Shown one piece after another: positions 26,944-36,873 of a stretch of 64,000 nt of DNA (positions within the stretch are counted from its first letter, which is position 1; each line of letters begins with the position of its first letter). The translations under genes and the position numbers were made by a program. Under the pieces are notes generated by a model, which was not told the origin of the DNA, searched no databases, and was given only the letters and a program-made list of their open reading frames with translations. This DNA comes from an uncultured Granulosicoccaceae bacterium (GTDB lineage Bacteria > Pseudomonadota > Gammaproteobacteria > CALCKW01), in NCBI GenBank assembly GCA_937965695.1, contig CALCKW010000030.1:8951-72950 (forward strand). The letters are read 5' to 3'.

Positions 26944-29268
26944 TTAGAGCTTGCTGAAGTCATCTGGCTCTTCAATAACTTCACGTTTAACAGCAGCGTT
27001 GTCTTCAGAGTAACCGTAGTAATCATAGTAACCCTGATAGTAATGGTCACCACCGTAAGACTGGAGCTTTTCTACGTCTACCTGCGTGACAACTATGCCC
27101 TTTATCTTTGCGCCCACTTGCTTCATGCGAGAAACACCACGCTGTGCCAGCGGCATGGGTGTCACTACTGAGCGAACGACATATAGAACTGCATCAGCAC
27201 TTTGTGAAAGTACTAAGGAATCACTAACGGCCTGGACCGGAGCACAATCGATAATCACTCGATCGTAGTGCTTGCGTAGCTGATCAAGTAGATACGCGAA
27301 TCGTTTGCTTGATATCAATTCCAGAGGATTGCTAGGCACCCCTCCGGCAGTCATTACATCCAAGTTACCAATCACACCTTTCATAATGCAATCTTGTGCT
27401 TTGGCGGTTTTTTCGACCAAGTTGGCCAAGCCTACAGCATCAGCGGGCAAACCCAGCGTCTTATGAACACTTGGTCGACGCATGTCAGCGTCAATCAACA
27501 AGACTTTTTCAACCTGCGACATTGAATATGCCAGATTGATCGATAACGTCGATTTACCTTCGTTGGGAACAGATGACGTGATCATGATGACCTTGTCAGA
27601 CACATCCCCTGAATTGAGCGTGACACCTGTACGAATAGTCCGAATAGATTCAGAAAAAGTACCGCGTTGGTCATCAATTGCCTGCGGACTCAATGGCAAG
27701 TCTGTCGCCTTCCCAAAAAGACCTTTTCCGTATTTGAGTTGGGGGATTATCCCTAATAGAGGTAAGCCTAACTTCGCCTCAATGTCCTCTGCACCACGGA
27801 CAGAGTCATCCATGTATTCCCGCAAAAATGCAAATGCCAATGAACCGATCAAACCGGCCAAAAATGCTAATGCAACGACCAGAGCTTTCTTTGGCTTACT
27901 CGCGAAGAATGGCGGTACCGCCTGATCGGAGATATGAGCATTAGTAGAGTTCAAACTGCCGGTCTCGTCTGTCTCTCGGATACGGCTAAAAAATGTATCG
28001 TATAAATTTCGGTTTGCATCGACTTCGCGCTGAAGCTGATCCAATTCAAAAGACTTACGACCTATGTTTTGGATCTCAGCTTTACCGCTTGCAACCGAGC
28101 GCTGTAAAGTTCTGACATTTGTTCTCGCAAGATCAGCATCTTTTTCGATAGACGACATTATCCGTCGAATTTCCAAATCAAGATTTCTCTCAATAACAGC
28201 TAACCGCGATCGAGCATCAACCATCTTCGGATGGCGATCACCATACCTGTTGGCTAGCTCATCCAGTTCACGCTCTACACTTGCTCTCTCAACTTTGTAG
28301 GTTTGAACAATTCCACTTCTCTGAACTGCTGGCATATTTTCCAACAACTCGGGTGCCGATTGGCGCAAGCGCTTCACTTCATCGAGAAGTGCATTCTTTT
28401 CTGCAGACTCACGTTGCGCATCAATGAGCTTGCCTGAGAAGTTGGCAAGTTCTTGTTCATTATAACTAGTAACACCACCACCAAAGTCTACTAGCTGGTT
28501 GTCTTCCTTATACTGCTGAAGCTTGCGTTCCGACTCTTCCAAGGCGACTTTTAAGCCCGACAGCCTCTCCCCCATCCACGCTGACGCAGTCGCAGTCTGT
28601 TCTGCTTTGGTGTCGAGATAGTTCTCAATGTATGCCTCGCCAACAGAGTTTGCTGCTCGTGCAGCAAAGACAGGGTCTGGCGATTCAAAACTGATTTTTA
28701 CCAGTTTGGTTTTTCTTACAGGACTGATCGTCAATCTGCGTAGAAAGGTCTCAGCTGCGACCAAACTCTGTGTTTCAGAATCCATCTGAGCAAAGCGTCG
28801 TTCACCCTCTGTTTCACCGGCAGGAACAACTTCTTGCCCAACGCCGATACCTGCCAACATATTGGAAATAATTGAAGGCTGAGGTTTGCCATTAAATTCG
28901 GGGTGAGTAGTCAGGTCTAAATTCTGAACAATTTTTTCCGCAAGCTCTCTAGATTTCAATATTTCATACTGAGTCTGAAAGTAATCTGAGCTGGTCTTGT
29001 CGATACCATAGAGATCTTCTATGGATACAGCATTTTTCTTTTCGCCTTCAATCAAAAGTGTGCTTGTCGCTTCAAAAATCGGTGTAGCTGTCTGAGCATA
29101 TAACGCTGCAACACCCGTCAAAATCGACGTACAGGCAATAACAAGCCATTTGTTCTTAACGATTACACGCAAGTATTCGCGAAGGTTGACTTCTCCCTCG
29201 TCTCCGCCTTGCCTTGATGAGCCACTGTAGTATTGGTTGTCATCGTTTTGCTGATTAAAGATAGACAT
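26944..29268 (-). CDS. Fused polysaccharide co-polymerase/tyrosine autokinase (Wzc/GumC/VpsO-like)
   Basis: Wzz-type N-terminus, coiled periplasmic region, ESIRTIRT, Walker A SSVPNEGKS, LIDADMRRP, IIDCAP, Tyr cluster YYQGYYDYYGY. Confidence 0.93.
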   Translation of the reverse strand: MSIFNQQNDDNQYYSGSSRQGGDEGEVNLREYLRVIVKNKWLVIACTSILTGVAALYAQTATPIFEATSTLLIEGEKKNAVSIEDLYGIDKTSSDYFQTQYEILKSRELAEKIVQNLDLTTHPEFNGKPQPSIISNMLAGIGVGQEVVPAGETEGERRFAQMDSETQSLVAAETFLRRLTISPVRKTKLVKISFESPDPVFAARAANSVGEAYIENYLDTKAEQTATASAWMGERLSGLKVALEESERKLQQYKEDNQLVDFGGGVTSYNEQELANFSGKLIDAQRESAEKNALLDEVKRLRQSAPELLENMPAVQRSGIVQTYKVERASVERELDELANRYGDRHPKMVDARSRLAVIERNLDLEIRRIMSSIEKDADLARTNVRTLQRSVASGKAEIQNIGRKSFELDQLQREVDANRNLYDTFFSRIRETDETGSLNSTNAHISDQAVPPFFASKPKKALVVALAFLAGLIGSLAFAFLREYMDDSVRGAEDIEAKLGLPLLGIIPQLKYGKGLFGKATDLPLSPQAIDDQRGTFSESIRTIRTGVTLNSGDVSDKVIMITSSVPNEGKSTLSINLAYSMSQVEKVLLIDADMRRPSVHKTLGLPADAVGLANLVEKTAKAQDCIMKGVIGNLDVMTAGGVPSNPLELISSKRFAYLLDQLRKHYDRVIIDCAPVQAVSDSLVLSQSADAVLYVVRSVVTPMPLAQRGVSRMKQVGAKIKGIVVTQVDVEKLQSYGGDHYYQGYYDYYGYSEDNAAVKREVIEEPDDFSKL

Positions 29269-29342
29269 TTATATTCTCTAGAATTTTATTGCGCCGATTC
29301 GTCAATGATTCGACCACTACTGAAAATTGTTTACTGTAAGTG

Positions 29343-29882
29343 TTAGAAAAAACCTTCTTCAACAGTGACTATGTCGCCAGGCTCAATGGAGTGCTGAAAG
29401 CCGATTTTAGAACGCTTGTCAGAATCACCTCGAAGCAGATATATTTTTCGACGAGAAGCACGGTCTGTAAAACCTCCGGCTATAGAAACCGCTTTCTCGA
29501 GAGTCAAACCAGGTTGGTAAGGATAGTCCCCTGGGCTGCTAACCTCTCCATTAATAAAAAACGGACGGTATTCGAGCACCGTGACACTGACACTAGGGTT
29601 TAACAAAAAGCCTTCTTTCAGTTTATCTGAAACTAACTCTTCTACTTCCTCAGTCGTTTTCCCTGTTATTTCCAGCTCGCCCAAGTAAGAGTAGTTAATT
29701 CTTCCTCGATTATTTAGCCGCGTTTCTACCGTTAAGTCATTTTCGTCAAAAACTTTGATCAGGATCTTGTCACCCGTATCAAGCAAATAGTTATCACCAA
29801 CGTCTGCACTGTTTCCAAGCAAAGGAAAGCTAAGCATCACTAGAACAACAATACTTTTCAACCATCTAAACATCATGCTCAC
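29343..29882 (-). CDS. Short polysaccharide export (OPX) protein, VpsN-like
   Basis: YLLDTGDKILIKVF, GRINYSYLG, YRPFFINGEV..PG.YPY, AGGFTDRA, PGDIVTV; no lipobox or OM helix. Confidence 0.9.
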   Translation of the reverse strand: MSMMFRWLKSIVVLVMLSFPLLGNSADVGDNYLLDTGDKILIKVFDENDLTVETRLNNRGRINYSYLGELEITGKTTEEVEELVSDKLKEGFLLNPSVSVTVLEYRPFFINGEVSSPGDYPYQPGLTLEKAVSIAGGFTDRASRRKIYLLRGDSDKRSKIGFQHSIEPGDIVTVEEGFF

Positions 29883-29935
29883 ATCTCCAGAACTCTTTAA
29901 TACACTATAAATTTTTACAGGCAGCCTATTGGAAC

Positions 29936-31288
29936 CTACAGGTTCCCTTCCAAGCCTAAGTACAACAGTTGCCTCTGCGACTCAACATTATCTGAATCGA
30001 GGTCATCGGTCGTTGCACCAACCAACACATTAAGCCAGCGACGCACTGCCAATCGGCCTTCTAAAGAGAAAACACGCCGATCTGAAGACTCAAAATTCGC
30101 ATCATCCTTGCTCGTCTCACTACTCTTGTAAAATGCGATCGTCGTGTTGAATCGTTCACTCCAACCGTGCTTCCAACGAACACCTACATTGGATGTTTTT
30201 ACTGAGCCTGCAGATCCACCGTTCGTCGTGTCGTCGATAAACTGGCGAACAAAAAAGTTGGCTGTACTGTATGAGCGGATCGCCCAGTACAAGTTCGCAC
30301 CTAAGGTTGTGTCATTGCCACTTGTCGCAACATTGTTAGTAGCCTGTCGATTGCTGTACTCCCAATTCGAGGCAGCCACGAAAGCATCTCCGTACCAGAG
30401 TCCACCATCGCTCCAGTCGGCACTTAAAACCAGAGTTGTAGCATCTCTGTCACGACGGTCATTGTCGGAATTATCGTCGTCAGTGTATTCATAATTACGC
30501 TGACTAACTCTAGCAGACAAGGTGGTTTTTCCAGTCAATTTGTAGGAGAACCTCCCCCACAAAATACTCATATCACGGTTGTTTTCTTTTAGGAATTCTT
30601 CATTCTCGACGTATTCCAATGTCCCCAATGAAAAGCCACCTGTAAGCTCGCCCCTTGATCGCGGGTTGCCATACGAATACGTCAGTCCGATTCTGCTCAA
30701 CGTATAAGTATCTGAAGAGTCAATATCGCTAAAATCGGTTTCCCCACGAGTACGGCCCGTTCCTAATTCCTCGCTCAAAATAGAATGAGAGATTTCTGCA
30801 TCGACGCGATTACGGTTGTCCAAATCAAAATGAGCAAATCCCCGTAATCGAAAATCAGCGGTGTTGGCATTACTTCCTTCACCATCGTGCTGTCGAATAT
30901 CACCACGTAACAAGCCCCAAAAAACCGACTTGCTTCCTTCGGCGATTAGATCGAGCTTGGGGATCACACGAACTTGAACAGCGTTAGTCTGCTCCTCGCC
31001 TTCTTGGTAATACAAATTGTCTATTGATGTAACGCGGACAGCACCTGATGGGTAGAAGCCTGCTTCCCCTACAGGGACCGCGATTGCGTAGTCACCTGGA
31101 AATTCTTCGCTGCCATAATCTTCAGTGGTCAGTCGAGGCGCCAATTCAATGTCTGGCGCTGCTATTGCTGTTTGGCCCAGCCCTAAAAAGGCGCAAGACA
31201 AAACCATCAATCTAAAATTTAGATTATTTTTTACGAATTTAGAATACGATGATTTAGACGCAGACACGATTTTTCCTTTAGCAAGCAT
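29936..31288 (-). CDS. Outer-membrane beta-barrel of a polysaccharide locus (VpsM-like)
   Basis: Signal peptide, alternating amphipathic strands, C-terminal YLGLEGNL, position directly upstream of OPX and Wzc. Confidence 0.75.
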   Translation of the reverse strand: MLAKGKIVSASKSSYSKFVKNNLNFRLMVLSCAFLGLGQTAIAAPDIELAPRLTTEDYGSEEFPGDYAIAVPVGEAGFYPSGAVRVTSIDNLYYQEGEEQTNAVQVRVIPKLDLIAEGSKSVFWGLLRGDIRQHDGEGSNANTADFRLRGFAHFDLDNRNRVDAEISHSILSEELGTGRTRGETDFSDIDSSDTYTLSRIGLTYSYGNPRSRGELTGGFSLGTLEYVENEEFLKENNRDMSILWGRFSYKLTGKTTLSARVSQRNYEYTDDDNSDNDRRDRDATTLVLSADWSDGGLWYGDAFVAASNWEYSNRQATNNVATSGNDTTLGANLYWAIRSYSTANFFVRQFIDDTTNGGSAGSVKTSNVGVRWKHGWSERFNTTIAFYKSSETSKDDANFESSDRRVFSLEGRLAVRRWLNVLVGATTDDLDSDNVESQRQLLYLGLEGNL

Positions 31289-31347
31289 TTGAGGATCGCC
31301 ACGACTAGCGATCTTGCACCTAAAGCATCAACCAAAATACGTGCCAA

Positions 31348-32025
31348 CTAGTCCCATTCTTCCAACCCATGTTGAGAAAGCCACTCTCTATACGCATGGA
31401 CTTCAGGATTGTTTTCAGACCAAGGATAATGCTGAAGACGCCTATTCAACACATAGTCTGGCACAACACCATGTTTCTGCTCAGAATCTATGCGCTCAGA
31501 CCAGCCAATGACAGCAACTTTCACCGTCTTCGCGCCTTGTAGTATTAGCATGTCGACGGCGGCAGCAATTGACTGCCCGCTTTCTATCGCATCATCGACG
31601 AGCAGGATAGACCGATTGTTATGCGGGAGATCTTTTTGGTCTACATCCTCAGTTTCTAGTTTATTGACACCGTCAATTAAAGGCGCCACGAGACGAGCAA
31701 AAATTTGAGCACGGAAAAGTAACGAAAACGTTTCTCGTAGAAAAGGAATTTTTGCGGCACGACGCTTCCAGCGACTGCCTTGACGTCTCATTCGAATATA
31801 TTCAAAAGGTAACTGAAGCTCAGTGGCGACAACATGTGTAGGCAACAAAGCACCATTGGCAATGCCGATCACATAATCTGGTTTGAAATCGCCCTCTTCT
31901 ACTCTGCTTGCTAGTCCTTTAGAGATATCAATCGCCTCAACAAGGCTCATGTTGACCTTATGATCAATCTCAGCAAACTTTTGAACCACTCTTTCTACGT
32001 TGGATTGTTTGCAAACTTCACTCAT
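31348..32025 (-). CDS. Type I phosphoribosyltransferase-family protein
   Basis: VIGIANGA, PRPP loop ILLVDDAIESGQS, PDY...YPWS. Confidence 0.82.
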   Translation of the reverse strand: MSEVCKQSNVERVVQKFAEIDHKVNMSLVEAIDISKGLASRVEEGDFKPDYVIGIANGALLPTHVVATELQLPFEYIRMRRQGSRWKRRAAKIPFLRETFSLLFRAQIFARLVAPLIDGVNKLETEDVDQKDLPHNNRSILLVDDAIESGQSIAAAVDMLILQGAKTVKVAVIGWSERIDSEQKHGVVPDYVLNRRLQHYPWSENNPEVHAYREWLSQHGLEEWD

Positions 32026-32291
32026 GATGATTAAGACCTAGATCAATGAATCCAACCGTTAATAAGTAGTATCGCGGCACAGGAAACGTAAAAAAGACAG
32101 ACATTCACGACTTATTTCGACAGATATTGCAAAGTCTATAATTAAGCTTTGAAAATATGGCTGTTTTTCAAGATCAACCTCTGAACAAGAGATTTTAGCA
32201 AGGCATTACACATTAAAGGCTAGTTGCCAGAAAGCAATGTTGGAGCTTTAGATAATAATATGAACAGAGATTGGGCCAATTGGCCTATAGA

Positions 32292-32319
32292 AATGTCGGA
32301 GCAAAATGCAACCGACATT
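32292..32319 (-). terminator. Possible terminator hairpin after the ExeA-type ATPase
   Basis: AATGTCGG...CCGACATT inverted repeat about 50 bp past the stop. Confidence 0.45.
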
Positions 32320-32370
32320 GTTTGAGAGGCTGAGTTCTGATGGAGTTAAAAGATCATCCTCCGTACAGAA

Positions 32371-33300
32371 TTAATCCCAAAAGACACGTCTAGCGGAATT
32401 CTGAGCCGCTGCTTGCCCGGCAGCAAACCGATTGACGGCTGGCTGCATCAGAGTAGAACCAATACGTGGGTTGCCCGCACTGCTTTGTAGAGTGATTCCA
32501 CCAGAATTTCGGTCTTTGACGACTGACTTGATGGTTTCTTCATCCAATCGTTCAATTTGCCGCGCGTATCCATACACCAGCGCCAACTCACAAATTGTAT
32601 TAATCACTCGAGGAATGCCGCCAGAGTATTCGTGAACAGCATTGAGAGCTTCATCAGAAAACAGTTGCTGCGAACCACCACACTGCTCTAGTCGAAAGCG
32701 TACGTAGTGCAATACTTCCTCCTGGGTCAGAGGTGTCAGGTGATAATGTACGGAGATACGTTGCCTAAACTGAACCAGTCTAGGATGTTTTAACAACCGA
32801 CGAAGCTCCGGTTGTCCAACCAAAACTATCGTCAGGGCAGACTCTAGTTCATCATTCAAGTTGGCCATCAAACGGATGTTTTCCAAATCTCCAACATCTA
32901 GATTTTGAGCATCATCGAGCAGTAAAACCAACATCTTTCCGCGTTTTTTCTGTTCTTCGAGATAACTACGTAGATGAGTGACGAACTCGGACAAGCCCAC
33001 GTTTTTGGAATCAACGCCAAACGCAGCACAGAGTTGAGAAATCAAGTTGGAGCGATCACTGGGCATACAATTGACTTCGGCCACCACCGCGTTGCCTTCC
33101 AGTCGGTCAAGCACATAACGCAAAAGCGTCGTTTTACCCGTCCCGATATCCCCCGTAAGCACCGTAAAACCGGGGTTTTCAAGTACTCCATACTCCAACA
33201 TCGCGGTGGCCACACCGTGCTTGTCACCAAGAAAGACAGAATCCACTCCTGGGTACATTGAAAAAGGCTTGTCGCGAAGATTGTAAAAATCTAAATACAC
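32371..33300 (-). CDS. ExeA/GspA-family AAA ATPase (polysaccharide/PEP-CTERM-locus type)
   Basis: MYLDFYNLRDKPF, GDIGTGKTT, LLLDDAQNL, LVGQPEL, SGGIPRVINTIC. Confidence 0.9.
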   Translation of the reverse strand: MYLDFYNLRDKPFSMYPGVDSVFLGDKHGVATAMLEYGVLENPGFTVLTGDIGTGKTTLLRYVLDRLEGNAVVAEVNCMPSDRSNLISQLCAAFGVDSKNVGLSEFVTHLRSYLEEQKKRGKMLVLLLDDAQNLDVGDLENIRLMANLNDELESALTIVLVGQPELRRLLKHPRLVQFRQRISVHYHLTPLTQEEVLHYVRFRLEQCGGSQQLFSDEALNAVHEYSGGIPRVINTICELALVYGYARQIERLDEETIKSVVKDRNSGGITLQSSAGNPRIGSTLMQPAVNRFAAGQAAAQNSARRVFWD

Positions 33301-33312
33301 GTGCGTACGCTC

Positions 33313-34125
33313 CTAGTAGTACTTCGTCTTATAGCTATAGGCTGAATGCTTATCGCGCGATTTATTTAATACGGTACCTAAGAGGTTGTACTCACTGAGC
33401 AGATCTCGCGCGCGTTTAACTTCTTCACGATTGGAACCGCTTTCCTCTACAACCATTAACACTGAGTCTAAATGCGGCAATATAGTCAAAGCATCGTCAG
33501 TGGCTAAAACAGGTGGCAAATCAAAAACCACAATCCTAGATGAGTATCTGGAAATTACTTCGCGTGTGAGCTGTAAAACTTTGGGGGAAGACAGCAATTC
33601 TGAGGAACGTGATGTTGGCTTTCCACCGGGTAAAACAACCAAGCGATCTATTCCTGGATTAAACAGAACATCTTCTAGAGGCACTTGCTTAGTAATGTAG
33701 TGCGTTAGACCCATCGGGCCTTTATAGTCGAACAGCTTACGAATAGACGGACGTCGCAAATCGTAATCTACAAGCATGACGCTGTGGTTTACTTTCTGCG
33801 CAATACTAATCGCTAAGTTTGCTGCGGTTAAACTTTTACCTTGTCCAGGCCCAGTACTAGTAATACCGACAGAGGTCCAACCGTTTTGATTCAGTTTACG
33901 CAGCACACCCGCCCGTAACATGCGATACGAGTCAGCGTATTCATCACGTTCAAGTCCAGCAACCAATCGATGAGCCAGCAACTTTTCTTCCGGCACCTTC
34001 ACGACAGATGTCTGTGAATATTCGATTTGAAGCTCATCAATCACCTTGTGGCGACGAGAGCCTCGAATTTTGTCTGTCTTGCCAGAAGTCGAAGACTTGT
34101 TTACTGCATCTCTAAGAAATTCCAT
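33313..34125 (-). CDS. Stand-alone CpsD/CapB-family tyrosine kinase
   Basis: DSYRMLR, STGPGQGKS, VDYDLRRP, FDLPP, Tyr-rich tail AYSYKTKYY. Confidence 0.9.
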   Translation of the reverse strand: MEFLRDAVNKSSTSGKTDKIRGSRRHKVIDELQIEYSQTSVVKVPEEKLLAHRLVAGLERDEYADSYRMLRAGVLRKLNQNGWTSVGITSTGPGQGKSLTAANLAISIAQKVNHSVMLVDYDLRRPSIRKLFDYKGPMGLTHYITKQVPLEDVLFNPGIDRLVVLPGGKPTSRSSELLSSPKVLQLTREVISRYSSRIVVFDLPPVLATDDALTILPHLDSVLMVVEESGSNREEVKRARDLLSEYNLLGTVLNKSRDKHSAYSYKTKYY

Positions 34126-34161
34126 ACCACTATCTCAGACGGCTAACCGTCTCTCTGTTAA

Positions 34162-35703
34162 TCAAGCAAGGCGCAAAAACAAAAAAGCTGCGATTAGACA
34201 AGGGATCACAACAATTAGCAAAACGCCCATATTGCGAGAAAAAACATCCCCTGCCGAATCAATTCTTCCGATCACACCTAGAGGCGGCTCATTCATAATT
34301 TTAAGTAGGTCACTGACATCACGGACGGTACGATCCATCAGATCGGCCAACACTGCAATGGCTAGTCCAACAAACAAGGCAAGCAAAGACCCCAGCACAC
34401 CAATTGACAGACGAATCGGTTTGTCAGGTTCAACGGGTATGACAGGTTTCTCTATTAACGACAATCGGTCGCCCGTTTCACTGTCGCCTATCGCTACATT
34501 GAGCTCAGCGCTCGACACCTTATTTCGGGCATCGTTTAAATTAGAAATCGCTTCGTTGTACTCTCGCTCTAATGCCAAGTATTGTTTTTCAATTGCGGGA
34601 CTACCAACTGCCAGCTGCTCCATGCGAGACACTCTATTGCGAAGCTCTCCTCGGCTGGTCTGCAGTGAACCCAACCGCGCCTCTATGGAGCGGAGCTTCG
34701 AACGCAGGGTTATATACGCAGGGTTGTTAGCTCGCTCTGGTACGATCGGGTCACTGGTCCCGGCCGCAGCCTGCGCTTCACGAAGCTGGCGTTCCAATCG
34801 ACGGATATCAGGATGCTCGGCAGAATATTTTCGACGAGCTTCAGCCAGTTGAATATTAATCAAGCGGATGTTTTCCGAGTCGTTCAAAACCCGCTCACCA
34901 GTACTGGTGACTAAGCCACTGTATCTGTTGGTTGTTGCCAACTCCGCTTCAGCAAAAGCCTTCTCTTGTTGAAGAGAGCGAATTTCCGAATCTACCGAAA
35001 GCAACTGCGACTGAGTGCTTTGAATTGTTTGTAAATTTGAGGCTGATTGCTCAGGCAACTTACCTGCATTTACCCGGCGGAACTCAGCTAACTTAGCCTC
35101 TAGATCTCCGGCAATTTTTTCCATGCGAGCAGCATTTTTCGACAACACATCTGATGTCGCTGCTGAACTGCGCTGCCGACTTTCCTCTGAAAGCGTCATC
35201 ACTCTCTCCACGAGTTCCTGAGTGACCTGGTGCGCCATTGCTGGGTCTGGATGACGAAACGCCACATCAAATGCAACGGTTGTTGACGACTCACGCCCCG
35301 TTCTACTGTCTACGACCTCTGCATCCACTCGCTCAATCAACATCGATTTACGAAATCGATCCATCACTTTCAATTTATCTGCTTCAGTGAAATCATCACC
35401 AAAGACATTGAATTTACGTATGATTTCCTCGACAACGGCATTTGTCTGGATGGTTTGCTGAACGCGGACAAGGCGCTCATCCACTTCGTTAGCTGCGCTT
35501 TGACCACTAACAGCCTTGCGCTGAACTTCGATTGTTCCTTTTGATTGGTATTTTGGGGTCGCCAAGGTAATCGCGATGGCGACCAGAGCTAGCAAACCAT
35601 AGAACGGAAGAAAAAACGCCAGTTTACGGCGCCCTAGGATTTTGAATACTCGCGCCCCTTCGCGCTTGTCATCCATCGAATCCAAATAGTCTAAATCACT
35701 CAT
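34162..35703 (-). CDS. Polysaccharide chain-length determinant (GumC/Wzz-like, no kinase domain)
   Basis: Two TM flanking a long coiled region, KYSAEHPDI, IEKPVIPVEPDKP, DRTVR, extra C-terminal TM. Confidence 0.87.
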   Translation of the reverse strand: MSDLDYLDSMDDKREGARVFKILGRRKLAFFLPFYGLLALVAIAITLATPKYQSKGTIEVQRKAVSGQSAANEVDERLVRVQQTIQTNAVVEEIIRKFNVFGDDFTEADKLKVMDRFRKSMLIERVDAEVVDSRTGRESSTTVAFDVAFRHPDPAMAHQVTQELVERVMTLSEESRQRSSAATSDVLSKNAARMEKIAGDLEAKLAEFRRVNAGKLPEQSASNLQTIQSTQSQLLSVDSEIRSLQQEKAFAEAELATTNRYSGLVTSTGERVLNDSENIRLINIQLAEARRKYSAEHPDIRRLERQLREAQAAAGTSDPIVPERANNPAYITLRSKLRSIEARLGSLQTSRGELRNRVSRMEQLAVGSPAIEKQYLALEREYNEAISNLNDARNKVSSAELNVAIGDSETGDRLSLIEKPVIPVEPDKPIRLSIGVLGSLLALFVGLAIAVLADLMDRTVRDVSDLLKIMNEPPLGVIGRIDSAGDVFSRNMGVLLIVVIPCLIAAFLFLRLA

Positions 35704-35733
35704 TGAAAGCCTTTAGTTTTCAATTATTTAATG

Positions 35734-36873
35734 TCATGCCGCGTCAACAAAACGCAACGTATATTCACCCAACTGGATCTCATCCCCATCAACCAAGGAA
35801 TGCGAGCTCACTGCTACGCCATTCACGATGGCGCGATTGACGCTGCCCAGATCAATCAGTGTTGCTGACCCTGAATCCATTTCAATGCGCGCGTGATACC
35901 TACTGACGTGCGAACTGGCTAACTGCACGTCACAATCGTCAGCACGCCCTATTGAATAGACCCCATTGTCTAAGGCAATTTCAGCACTTTGTTGGCCTGA
36001 GCCATCAATGACCTCAAGCGAAGGCTTGCCGGACACCGCATGCCTTGTGACTCGCAGTGGCGCCTGAGTTTCCGGCACGGGTTCACCGCCAAAGCGCGCT
36101 AATGCTCTCACGATAATATCGGCACTTAAGTCTTCAGCCTGAGAAGCTGCCGCAACTGACAAGCAAGCGTCGATGATCTGTCCAAATTTGCGGGCGTTGC
36201 CGTCACAATGCCTGAATGCAACGCGAACAGCAGAGTCGTCGTACACGAGCTCAGTTTGAGAACCAGCCACACGCCAACGTGTCTTGATGTAAAGGGAGAT
36301 ATCCTCTTCTGATAGTCCACTTAACTTTGACTGAAAGCGTGTTCTGGCTTGGACTGAATCAGGTAGACCACCAATACTCGAGAAGTCACCAGCTAGTACC
36401 AAAGTCAAAGGCCGCACGCCTTGAATGACATAGTTGGTCAGCAGAATAAGTTGTTGTAGGGAGCGCTCATCCAACAAATGAGCATCGTCAATTAGCAGTA
36501 AGGAACGCTTACCCTGAGCATTTACCTCGTCCAGATACGCTCGAATCGCGAGAACATTGGACACCAGTTCACCACCGTCTGAGCTTGCGTCAAAACCATC
36601 GACCACATAGGCCAACACTTGCTCAAAGCTCAACGCACTGAAACTGACGAAGTGGGTATCGTTGCTATCATCTAGCTCTTGCATAAGGCGTTGCAGCAAC
36701 AAAGTTTTACCACTGCCTGCATCACCGTCCAGAACGACCACCGCGTCTTCACGCATGATCGAATAGACCAAATCCGCGTATACGCTTTCTGCTTCGCGAT
36801 GAGGGACATACCAGAGCGGGTCAGGAACATCCGCAAACGGGTAGGTTGAGAGATCGAAGTGCTCTAGATACAT
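35734..36873 (-). CDS. ExeA-family AAA ATPase fused to a C-terminal FHA domain
   Basis: MYLEHFDLSTYPF, GDAGSGKT, LIDDAH; FHA: IGRADDCDVQL..VSRYHA..DLGSVN..VNG..LVDGDEIQLG. Confidence 0.85.
   Translation of the reverse strand: MYLEHFDLSTYPFADVPDPLWYVPHREAESVYADLVYSIMREDAVVVLDGDAGSGKTLLLQRLMQELDDSNDTHFVSFSALSFEQVLAYVVDGFDASSDGGELVSNVLAIRAYLDEVNAQGKRSLLLIDDAHLLDERSLQQLILLTNYVIQGVRPLTLVLAGDFSSIGGLPDSVQARTRFQSKLSGLSEEDISLYIKTRWRVAGSQTELVYDDSAVRVAFRHCDGNARKFGQIIDACLSVAAASQAEDLSADIIVRALARFGGEPVPETQAPLRVTRHAVSGKPSLEVIDGSGQQSAEIALDNGVYSIGRADDCDVQLASSHVSRYHARIEMDSGSATLIDLGSVNRAIVNGVAVSSHSLVDGDEIQLGEYTLRFVDAA

Noticed and set aside
34046-34852. 268-aa plus-strand ORF
   Set aside because: Antisense to the GumC-like gene, no motifs
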